Source: Lingula anatina
Lineage: Eukaryota; Animalia; Brachiopoda
Length of the DNA: 64,000 bases
NCBI GenBank assembly: GCA_051362555.1
Contig: CM120644.1
Location: 3,914,954-3,978,953, forward strand
Reading direction: 5' to 3'
A program made the position numbers and the translations under genes. Shown piece after piece: positions 38,776-50,100 of this stretch (position 1 is its first letter; each line of letters starts with the position of its first letter). Below the pieces are notes generated by a model. It was not told the DNA's origin and made no database searches. It was given only the letters and a program-made list of their open reading frames with translations.

Positions 38776-39699
38776 GAGTGCCTTCGTATTGGCCTCAATG
38801 CTTCTGCCTATGACATTTTGGAGAATGGGTCTATTTACACAAGCCATGAGGTTCATGATTCTACGGGAAACTTTTCTAATCCATACGTCAACCAAATAAA
38901 TAGCAATCTATCCGCTACTGAAGGAATCGTATCGGTGATATGCTTAGCCATAGCTTGTTAATGTATACTTATACGGATTGTCTTGCAGCCATGTGTTGCC
39001 GTCTTTCGGATGTTTCCAGGGAGGCTTCGATTTTGCCTCGTTTTTGTCCTCTTTATATCGAAAGTCCTCTTCCTAAGGAGATCATTTTTTCTTGGCAACG
39101 AAGTCGGATGCCAAATTATTGCTGTATTGTTCCACTAGAGTGTACTGTGTTCCTTTCTCTGGATGAACGCCATTGCAGTTGACATGACGTGGACATATGG
39201 CACGAAATCGTCACTGACTTCCGACTGATCTGCGGGGTCGAAAAAACGGTTCCACGCGTACTGTATCTACACCTCGCTTTGCTCCGGGTTGATTGTGGCC
39301 ACATGTCTTATTTTGGACTTTGTCGACATCAACGAAGACTTCCAAGCAAATTACGCGTCAGGTATTTGCTGGATTTCCAAGAAATACCCTCTTATTATAT
39401 TCATGGTGGCCCCAGTCGGCTTGATTATCCTTGTGAACCTGATACTTTTTACGATAGCCTCCCGAGCAATTCATGGCGCCATGAACAACGACAAAGAACT
39501 GAACTCTTCTAAAAATAAAAACCACCCCTTTTCCTTCTACGTGAAGTTGCTTACATTGATGGGAACACATTGGGTGTTTGGTTTTATTACCAGTTCGATG
39601 AGTGACCCAACAGTGTTCACTGTGTTTTGGTATATATTTATTGTCACAGCCACATTGGACGGTGCGTACATCTTTCTATCTACAGTGTACACCAAGTGA
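38776..39699 (+). pseudogene. Intronless Methuselah-like/family B (7tm_2) GPCR pseudogene, 5'-truncated
   Basis: One frame reads ECLRIGLNASAYDILENGSIY..TM1..GCQIIAVLFH*..FLWMNAIAVD..NYASGICWIS..PVGLIILVNLILF..YVKLLTLMGTHWVFGFI..LDGAYIFLS. In-frame stops at 38959, 39136 and 39226. Confidence 0.85.
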
Positions 39700-40468
39700 G
39701 AATGGAAGATTTGAGAAAAATTCAGATTGAAAACAAGCCGCCATGCTCTGGACTCTACACCCGTGTTCCTCGCCTCGTCAAAAAGGAGCAACGTAACGTC
39801 GAAGAGTAAAAGCGCATGAACAATGTATCTCTAATGTGAGAGTGATTACACAGATACTGAATCTGAAACTGTGGCGAAAACAGCTCACAAAACCTGCACT
39901 TTGAACGGAGAGGTATGCTGAAATCCCAGAAACAATAAAAAAACGTACCAAGAACAGTTCACAGGACGTTTTGTCTCTTATTTTTCTAGTAATATATCTT
40001 AATGTATTATATTTGACACCTAAAAAGCATACTGTCATTCTATATTTAAACTGTTTTCTAGAAAATCTTTTTCACAGAAAAATACCATTTAGGTAACTAG
40101 CAGAACTGTACTTTGCCTGCTAACTGTTTCAAACTGGGGAGACCACACAAGTTGTCCCAGGCGCCATTTGAAAGGGGCGTCACTGACAGGTTTTACAGGC
40201 CTTAACTTATTGGTAGTCATTATCCCCATATGGAAATGTCTTTATTATATTATATCATTACTTAATAGTAAATGCATCTATAATTTTATTTCTATTGTAC
40301 ATTTCCATCTACCCATGTGTATGTATACGTTACAATGAATAAATCATTTAAGCATCTTATTTGAAATGTGTGGCTTGACAGAGGCGCCGTTTTGAATTCC
40401 CTGGCCGGTATATTAAAAGATAAAATTAACGTAATTTATTGGGCCATAGCCGAGTAGGGTACATGTAG

Positions 40469-40700
40469 CAGGGGCGGATCCAGGATTATTTAAAGGGGGT
40501 GGGGTGGGGGACGAAGCCACTTGGCTTGGGGTTAGGGGCCTGATGTAAGGCCTCGAAAAACTTTTGGTATTTTAGAGGGTGAACGGTGCCATTTGCTTTG
40601 GTTCACCTAGTCAAAATTCTAATTTCAAAAGGGGACCAGAAATTGAGGGGGGGGGGGGGGGGGTCAGGACCCCCTAACCCCCCCTCTAAATTCGCCATTG
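40469..40700. mobile_element. G-rich MITE-like element
   Basis: CAGGGGCGGATCCAG start and CTAAATTCGCCATTG end are imperfect inverted termini; internal poly-G tracts. Confidence 0.5.
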
Positions 40701-42458
40701 AATAGGGCCGATAGTTAAGACATGATTAAATCGGCGTGTTTTCTGAAAGAACGTATTCAGTCCTGTGTATGGTTACAGTTATTTAAGAATGACACTTTTA
40801 TAAATTACATATCACGAACTTTAACACAATGATAGGCATACAATATCTTAAAAAGCGCGAAATACGGCAATGACTAAAATAATTTAATCTTCTGTAGTGA
40901 TTTTAACTTGATCGTTGGAAGTGGAAAAATGATAATTAGTTTTAAATTAGTTAAAAATGAAAGGGCATTTAAACAGCAATTACATTGCGAGTTATTTAAA
41001 TTGAGGATCAAATTGTTTTCAAAACGTACACGAAAAAAGATATATTAAGCACATATTCCTAAAAAATGGTTAAATAAATCAAAATAAACAAAATGCAAAA
41101 ATTAACGCTAAAACTACATTTTCGAAAAAAATCCTACCGTGACTTCTTAAAGCTTTTTTGGTCAGATGATTAAAATATACTTCAGTTTATCAAACTCATT
41201 CTTGATTTCTCAGAGAAAGACAAAACAAAAAAAAGTTAAGAATCTTTGAGTATTAATTTTCCGAAAGACATAAGAAGCAATTTTTATGCATCAAGTGTCT
41301 TTTTTGATTACCACAATACGACGAAAATGTGCAAAGTTATTAACTTTGAAATTGCAGAGAAATTGTTGGAATTCGTGATTATGAAAGAAAGCATATAATA
41401 AAGACATTAATTATTATGTAAAAAAGAGTTGATGTAAATAAAAGCTTTTCAAGTAAGGGTGCAGTAGTCAGAGGGGAGGGAGGGGTGCTTAAATCTTTCG
41501 ATAGGAGAAAATTGCCCTTAGTCAATTGCAAAGAAATTCCGTTTGGCCGGTAAATTCCGTGGAGATCACCTTTAACATATTCATTTTGACACAAGTCGTT
41601 CATGATTGAGTGTTTTTATTATTGAAATATGAAAGTCATAACAACAAAATAAACAATACACAATAATTATGTTTTCTTGTCAATGTTTAAAAGCGACGAG
41701 AACAGTCATGCCATTACCATCGGTTTCATCAACAGAATAAAGTACTTGTACACATGAGAAAATACCATACAAGACAGGTACCGCAGTTTAAACAAGGGGG
41801 GGGGGGGCAATCACCACATATATACATCGCAGTCAGTTTCTAAAGACAGTTCTGACTTCGCCATAAATTCTGTTAATTTTTTTCCAGACTGGTGACGTGT
41901 TTTATAATCAGAACACGTTGTCGTCCAGTTTTTCACTCCATTCTTCTTTCCAACTCTACCCTCTCTAGACCTAGTGTGACTGCTCTTTATCACCATCACC
42001 CATCATCATCAAATTAAGACTTTCCAGCGAAATCATCCTGCTATCACCGCCACTGGACTGGGTGTTGTCTTGTTCTCCGACTCGTGCTTTGATGGAACTT
42101 CAGCTAAGACGAAGAATTGCACACCCATTCCCCTCGTCTGAAATACAAAGTATAATACACGTAAAAAGGTTGGCTGGGCTCAAAAAAAGATTGTTGAGAT
42201 TGAAATATCGAAATGGATTTTGGTCGTGGTTTCTAGACTTTCCCTCGGAATGGCCACGTACATTTTGTATTTTCTTTTCAATTAATTTATCAATCAGCTG
42301 TATACATGTATATTTCATACATCGCAAGCATTGGGCATCTGTGCACGATCTTTTTTTAAAGTTTCACCTCACGTTGTTTACGTAAACATTTCAACATAAT
42401 GTACATAATGACACAAATAATTCGCATCTTGTCCCTTTTACCTCACCTGTGGCTAATT

Positions 42459-43596
42459 TTATGCTTCATCGATCTCCTCCATCAAATCCTCCACTACGTC
42501 ATTCAGGTCCTTACGAGACAGTTTGGACATGTCCAGTTCGTCAGAGTCATCACGTGGGTCTGTCAGATTTCTTATAAAAAAGAAAAGAAAAAAATAGTAA
42601 GCAGATGGGTTTAAAATGCGATGCTTATTTACTCAGTATGTATCAGCGTTCAGAAGTTCTATTTAGCTTTAGTATAACCCTTATACTATAACCACATAGC
42701 TTGATCATTGTTAAAGATAAACTCCCATGGTTAAATTAAACTAAATCCTTTTTTATTCACTGGACATAACAAGTGGCAGAAATGACCTCTCTGTCTGATG
42801 ACCACCAGTAACAGTGAAGATATCGCCAGGAGTCCGAGGGGTTCTCTGGACCTGCAAGGACACACCAATGACCAATAGATCGTCCCTATCCTCCACGTGT
42901 TCTTCAGATAGACTGGGGCCAACTGCAATAACGACGAAAGTTTAGTGCCTGATTATCCGTAATATGACATATATTCTGACGTAAATCTGATATTATATTA
43001 TATAATATATTATTTTCTTAAAGAAGACTGCTTGGGTTGGGAAATATATTTACTCCACATTTCGTTTACAAGAATAACGTGATACTAATGAAAGGCTTTT
43101 ATTTATAAAGACAATTTATAACGGTAACCTTTATTCCCTCCTCCTCTGAAGAAATTTCTTATCCTTTGTCGGAGTCCCAACTTCTTCTTATCTGAAATTA
43201 ATCATTACGTATGTATTTTTCAGTAGGGCCTAATTGCAAACTAATGTCACTGTTATTTTGGATTTGAAAAATCGTTAATAAAGCAGTTGTCTTCAAAATC
43301 ATTTTTTTTATTATTACCATTGTTAGACTCCTCCCATGCTCCGTGATGGCCGTTGGAGACAACAGCTGTAATAAGAACAATAATATTTATTACAACATAT
43401 CCAATATTCGGAGGAAAAAGCCGAATAGTGATAACTACAATACTTGGCGCGTTTATTGCCAGTACTGTGAATTCTTTTACAAGTCAAAATCAAACTGAAA
43501 TTACGAAAGATAAACACCAACAAAAAAATAACGTTTAACATACAGGAGGTAGAAGGATAACACAATTTCATACTTACTAGACTGGGTGCATCCCAT
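42459..43596 (-). CDS. Small 109-aa putative N-myristoylated protein, paralogue B (4 coding exons)
   Basis: Exons 43596-43578, 43191-43129, 42922-42787, 42570-42459 give MGCTQSNKKKLGLRQRIRNFFRGGGNKVGPSLSEEHVEDRDDLLVIGVSLQVQRTPRTPGDIFTVTGGHQTERNLTDPRDDSDELDMSKLSRKDLNDVVEDLMEEIDEA*. Confidence 0.75.
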
Positions 43597-43691
43597 AGTA
43601 TTCCTCTAAATTAAAACAATTTTTAGCAGCGCTAAGTCAGGGAATACCTTTCCGCTGTGCGAAAAAGTGCATTATGGTACCGTAGCTACTG

Positions 43692-43855
43692 TGACGTCAC
43701 AAAGTGAGGGCGCGTCTTGAAGTTCTCCACGTACATTTCACTGACAAAGGGCGTTACGTCATAGCTACGGTATAACTCATTTTCTCTTTGGAAACTTGAA
43801 GTAGACATTTAGAAAAGAAATTTAGAAGAGTCAATACGTAGCATCCATGACGTCA
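43692..43855. promoter_or_regulatory. Two CRE sites upstream of paralogue B
   Basis: TGACGTCA at 43692-43699 and 43848-43855, each within a copy of a ~90-bp module. Confidence 0.5.
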
Positions 43856-44583
43856 CAAAGTAAAGGCGTGTCTTGACGCCGTTGACGTATATTTCACTGA
43901 TGACAGGGCACCAACAATGCTATTCAAAGCAAGAGTACTTTTTATAATTCGAAGTTTTAGGAACAGATTAAAAAAGGGGAACAAGCTTTGTACTCGTATA
44001 ACGAAATTGAATATTGCCTCTTATATACAGTGCATAATTTATGAAAGTCAATTTTTGTGGAATGATTTTTTTACAAATTTCATCCCGTATTTAGTTATAA
44101 TAAATGGAAACGTCGCCTAAGTAAAAATAAATAATTGACGGACTTTCAAAAAATATCTCAAAAACTGTATCATAAAACGCGGCGCAAAGGGCTGGGATCA
44201 AACTAGTTGATCCATGGTCCGTATTTTAAACATGATCAGAGTAAGCCTGGAAAAACAAAAACAAAATCATTTCAAATAATATCGAAGGATGTTTATTTAT
44301 ATTTAAGACATAAGGTGCAAATTTTTTTGTGTACCAAGTGCCTTGATTAATTGCCACGACACACATTTTAGAATATAATGCATTTATTAGTCGAATTAAA
44401 TTCGAAATACGTTATCATGAAAGACACTGGTGATTGAGTCTGCTTATAATCAGGGAAAGATCTGAAAATCTCGTTTGAAAAAAGTGTTTTGGATGAGCAG
44501 ATAATGCCAAATACGTGTTAGTGTAGGAGAATAGGAAAAGGCTATGTAAGAACTCCCTTGAGCAATCGAAAATCAAGAAACTT

Positions 44584-45761
44584 TCACAGTTTTTCTTCCA
44601 AAAGCAACACGTCATAAACAGAGTGACCAAAAAAGCTTTTCCTGTCCTCAAGTCCTAGACGATACACGTTCTCCTTCAGTTCTCCAACTGGGAAATTTTC
44701 ATCAACAAACAACTGAACAAATACGTTATCTATATTCAGTTCCTTTGCTTTAATCTGTGTATTGTTGACATGGCAACAGATATGATTATACAAGGCAGCG
44801 CTTCTGCCGTAAATGTCGATAAGAACTCGCAGACCAACGCGTGGGCAGCGCACTTGCGTCACAGCGCTGAAACACCCCGACGTCAATTCAGCCGTTCCAT
44901 TTGACACGTACAGATCGCTCTCGTTTTCAATCTGTTCGGCGTTGCTGGGCAGGATGGAATATGGGACGCCGTTAATAACAACACCGTCAGGAAACATGGT
45001 TGCTGTGGTCCCTGAAGACAGCCAATCTGCCGCCGATATCTTGTTCACTCCGGCAATTTCAGAACCTGAAACGAAAAAAAAAATTATAAAAACTCAGTAA
45101 AATTTCAAAAGGAAAAATAAATATCCGCAAGTAACTTTTACCAAGCCTTCGCCTGCATGAGCTTTTAAGACAAACTAAAGCTTTAATACAGCATAGCATT
45201 AGTTAAATGACACCTAGCGCAATTTCACCATCTTTACGGCACCTAATACAATGAACAAAGACCACAACATGTCAGGTATGTAATAATAATAACACCAGCA
45301 CTCGTTTTATTACATTTAATGTGAGTGGTAAGGGCTCCAAAGCAGAACAGTTTTCTTCTCGATATTTCCACCATTCTGAGAGGCATCTTCACCGGTTTTC
45401 CCTCAGACGCGAACTCGATATCTCGTCTTTTCCTCAGCCCGGGATGCTTGACCCTCTCTTCTTTAATAATGAACTCCACCAGTCGCTCCGCTATCCCGTG
45501 TTTTTGATGCGTCGGCTTCACTCTTCCTGCTCTTAACACTAAGGTGGTGGCATCGTCGTTGACGTGGGCAATACAGAACGCCACGGCCTCGCCCTTCAGC
45601 TCTGCGAGGTAGGCCGTTATGTGGGGGGACGTCAAATACCGGGGGTAATAATCAGGCAGATAGTCCAGCCCCTCGTACACGTGGTCATTTATACCCAGAA
45701 CGGCGTCAAAGTCTTCCAACGCGGCGCAGCGGATTATCAAATTGTCCATTGCAGTGTCCAT
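44584..45761 (-). CDS. NAT16/histidine N-acetyltransferase-like GNAT, paralogue 1; probably two exons (45761-45296, 45065-44584)
   Basis: VYEGLDYLPDYY, TTLVLRAGRV, HQKHGIA; the second ORF has VINGVPYSILPSN. Removing a 230-bp GT-AG intron makes it colinear with the other two paralogues. The donor GTGTTA is weak. Confidence 0.78.
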
Positions 45762-46549
45762 GTAGAAAAATTCTGGTCAAACTCAAATATCCATGTTAGC
45801 TGAGAAATTATAATCGACTGCTAAGTTTCTCAAAAACAAACTGGTCTCATTGTTTACCCTGATAACGCACAGCCCTGGGGTCAATGATAACTCTGTTTAT
45901 TCATACCTAAAGGCCCTCGAGTCAGTGACGTGAAGGACGTTTGGCCAGGGCATATCTCATACAGTTATCAATGACCCTGATCGTAAGATGCCTTCCAATA
46001 TCTTTCCTGGCCTTTGCTCGGAGCAAGCAAATATGTTTTGTTCGATTAACTAAACATCTTTTTCGTTGCCTTAGTTTACAAGTGAAAACCATCAGTAGAA
46101 GTAGTCACTCAGATAATGACAGCATATATGCTAATTGTCATTCAGTCTTTTTGTGTGTGTGTGTGTGTGTGGGGGGGGGGGGGCGGCGGCAGGAAAGGAA
46201 CCGCCCTTGGACAGGGAAAGGTCCCTTCTGAATCAAAATTTAATAAACTCATAGGTTCTTTGCCATTTCTCAAGTTGGGGTTAAAAAGGTCACATTTTTG
46301 AGAAAACGAGACCCCCCACTCTGAAACTGCTGGCTACACTCCTGCTATGTTCCAGAGTCACAGCTGCCGGAGAAATAGTCTAGATACCCTCCACAGCTGA
46401 TTTCAGCACTGACCAATCCTACCGCTGCCTCCAAGTACATGATCAACATTTTCCAGCCATTTCAATCCCTTGGTGATCCTCGGCTGGAGAGATCTGTGGT
46501 AGTCTTGACTGCATAGTGTAGATTCTCCTTGGAGAGCATAGCTTTCTTT

Positions 46550-47123
46550 TTACAGCATAATATCGTCAAACTCCCGGGGTTCTCCTTGACTGGTAATTTC
46601 TGTCAAATTTTGATAGGTGGTACTAGTAGTAAGTTTCTGGAATAAATGGTAAAATTCTTTAAATAATTTGTATCCAGATAAAGGGGTGAGGATTGTTTTA
46701 TTTTTCAGTGTTAAATGGCAAGTCTTTTAATTAAAATAATAATATTTTAATCACAGCAACATTAATGATAAACTATTATTATACATGTTAAGAAACCCTG
46801 TAATACATACAAACAAACGTATTCATTTTAGTATTCTCACTCAAATGTCTAATTCATTCAATTCTACATCAACCTCTGGAAAAAAATGCACCCTTATTGA
46901 AATTTCTAAACACATCCAACTATAAACTCATCTGTCATACTGTGCATGCAATGCAAACTAAAATACAACATCTCAACTCTAAAATGATGACTGGAGAATA
47001 CTTTGTACTTACCATTTTCCTTTCGCATCTAGAAAACCTTGTTTGAAGTAGTTTCAACAGTTTAAAGTAGCCCCCTTGGTGTTTTTGTAGAACCTGGAGG
47101 AAGGCTCTGAGACCTAACCTGGA

Positions 47124-47158
<35 letters not shown>

Positions 47159-50100
47159 CCAAAAGTTTCAAAAACTATTGCAAATTGAAATGATCCCATG
47201 ATTTAAAATATTTAATATAAAGAAGAGAGAGAAGAGTGAATTTTACCTGTGGTGGTAAAAAACAAAAATCAGAAAAATCAATTAAAGGCAAAAAACTGCT
47301 TTACAGATTGTAATTTATTCTAAATCAGTGGTGCTCTCACCATTCTGTCAGATCCTCTTTGATCCTTGTTCCTGGGTCTTTATGCTTGTCCCACACTCTG
47401 TGCTTGCCATAGCAGAAAAACAGATGAATGAGCTCCTGAATCAAGCCTGGGGGAAGGGGGGGGATGAAAAGATTCAGAATATGCTTTTTTTTTAATAAAT
47501 TAAAAAAACCAAGACGAAATCTTTTAGGAATCTAAACAAAATGAAAAAAAAACAGACAAGTTAACTTATTAACAGTATTGATAAACACAACGTGAATAAA
47601 ATAAATAACACCAAATACAATATACAGATTGAATATTATTTTTAAAAAGTTGACTTATATGCCAACCACTTGTTATTAAAGAAGGAAATCTGCATCTTTT
47701 ATGTAATAACATTTAATTCAATTTCACTGGACTGTTGTTCTTCACATCTGAAATATTGTTACAGACATTTAGTTACTTTGCATTAGGTTGACAATATTTC
47801 AGATGTGAAGAACAACAGTCCAGTGAAATTGAATTAAATGTTACAGACATTTAGTTACAAAAATACTTTTCTTCCGAGTCTTTCAAATGGGGGCGTCTCG
47901 ATAGTCCAAAGGTTCATTGGTTCGAAAAATGGTAACATTTTCATCAGTTTTTTAATCAAGGGTTCACTGGTCCAAAGGTTCTATAGTGGACATTCGGACC
48001 AATGAACCTTCAGACTATTGCTCTGGCCCCTTTCAAATTATACCTAAGAAGAAAGCTGGGTTTTCATTGGCTTTCCTTCCTGTGGGGAACTTTTTCATGA
48101 AACAATGAAATCTCCTGGCTGTCATCAGGAACATCTTGTAGGTGGAAAGCAGAACAGTCGGGAGATAATTCAGCTGAAAAGCAAATTTAACATTTCAATA
48201 ACAAAATTTTAAAGTAAAAAAAAATCATTAAGGATTTGAACTATTTTTGAAGTCATAGAATACAGCATATGTACATGATTAAATATAAATATTAATTATT
48301 AACATTACACAAAAAAAAAAAAACAGAGAAGTTATTTTAGCTAGCACAGTTGATTGATGTCTGAATTCAGATAAAATTCTAAAAAGATATTCTCTGATTC
48401 ATGAGATATTAACTTACTTGGATATCCAAGAAAATTCCATGGCATCTTTGTTTGAGAGAACTGTAAGGTATGAATGTGACAGTTTCATAATTACATTAAT
48501 TTTTTTCATATGAATCATTTTGGGTATGTGAATGAAAGCATTAACAGAATCTTTTTTGGTGCAGAACAACTGTGAACTGATCTAATGGTCTGATATGAAC
48601 CCCCAGAGAGAGAAAGGGGAACAAGATAAGCCTCACTGCAATATTATCAAAATAAAGGGATGAAATGTTTTCAATACTTGAGGTATGATAATTAACATTG
48701 TATGCAAATCAAGTGGCAGCCATGATGAATAAAAACAAGCAAACAACAGAATTGCCTAATATTGTCAGTTTTATTTAAAGCAGATTCCATTAAAAACAGG
48801 CAGAACAGGGACCAAATGTCTCATTAGTTACTAGGCTATGCAGACTACTTATACTTACAATGCCAAAGTCTCCCTCAAAGCTCTTACTCCACATTCCACT
48901 GTCATTGTGTCTCTCAAATCTGGATCAAAACAAATGTATCAAATCTGAATAAACTCGAGTTAAATAAAATGTAATTGAACTAAATCTAGTTCAATAAATA
49001 ACCTTATTATCAATCAGTTAATATAAACTGACTCATTGATTAGCTCAATTCTCTTACTAAATTATTTATCTATCATCCAAAAATAAAGACTGTGAAGGAA
49101 GTGATATATAATGTGTGTAATTAATTTACAAGGTGATCATTGCAGTAAATGATGGAAACAACAATGATTTTATTGATAACATTTAATAGTAACAAGACTG
49201 AGACTACTGATATAAATAATTGAATAAATAATATAAATTGAATAAAAATTAATGATTCAGAATATAAATTAAAAATAAATAAAAATAAAATATATAAAGA
49301 TATAAAGTTCTCACTCAGTCCATTATAACGGCTGTAGTCCACCATGACCTCTAAGGTTGCCATGTGCAGACATAACCCACACCATGGAAACAGTGCTGGA
49401 AAGTATACAGGGACATAAGACCAACACTTGGGAAGAAAACAACAAAAAATTGGACTAGAGAAAAAAAAAATGATGAAATTCTTGACAGATTTGAAAGAAA
49501 AATCAACTGATATACATGATTTGATAATACATCAAAGAAAAATAACATACTATCCACAACATTTCAAGAAGTAACATATGAATATTTATTTCTATGATGT
49601 GGTAAAACTAGCTAATAAAAACTGAAACGGCCAAAAGAATGACTGGAAATGCAAACTCCATTTAACATAATGCAGCTAATATCATAATTCAACAATTTTG
49701 ATAAGGAAACTATTATTAATATTATTTTTATTACTGATATAATTTTAATATTACTATTTAATATAAATATTGTTATTATTATAATTATTACCATTACTAT
49801 TTTTATAAACATTATTATTATTATTGTTATCATTATTATTATTATAACTACTACTACCACTATTTCAAACTGTTCTAGAAGTGTAAAAGAGTCTCAATTA
49901 CAACTGTCCCCACAAGGTTACCTGCAGAACAAACAGGAATTATGTCATCACTCTCAAAACTGGCCAAGGTCTTGGACTTGTTGATGAAACAATTAAATTC
50001 TTTTATACCTAAAAGTGGAAATAAATTACCCTTGATAAAATCTATGAATGAAATATAAAATATATGTGGTGTTTAATGGGATATAGTGAAAAGAAAAACT

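Noticed and set aside
49121-49860. Ile-rich hydrophobic ORFs as membrane proteins (also 61162-61747)
   Set aside because: Translations of (TAT)n/(TA)n low-complexity intron sequence.
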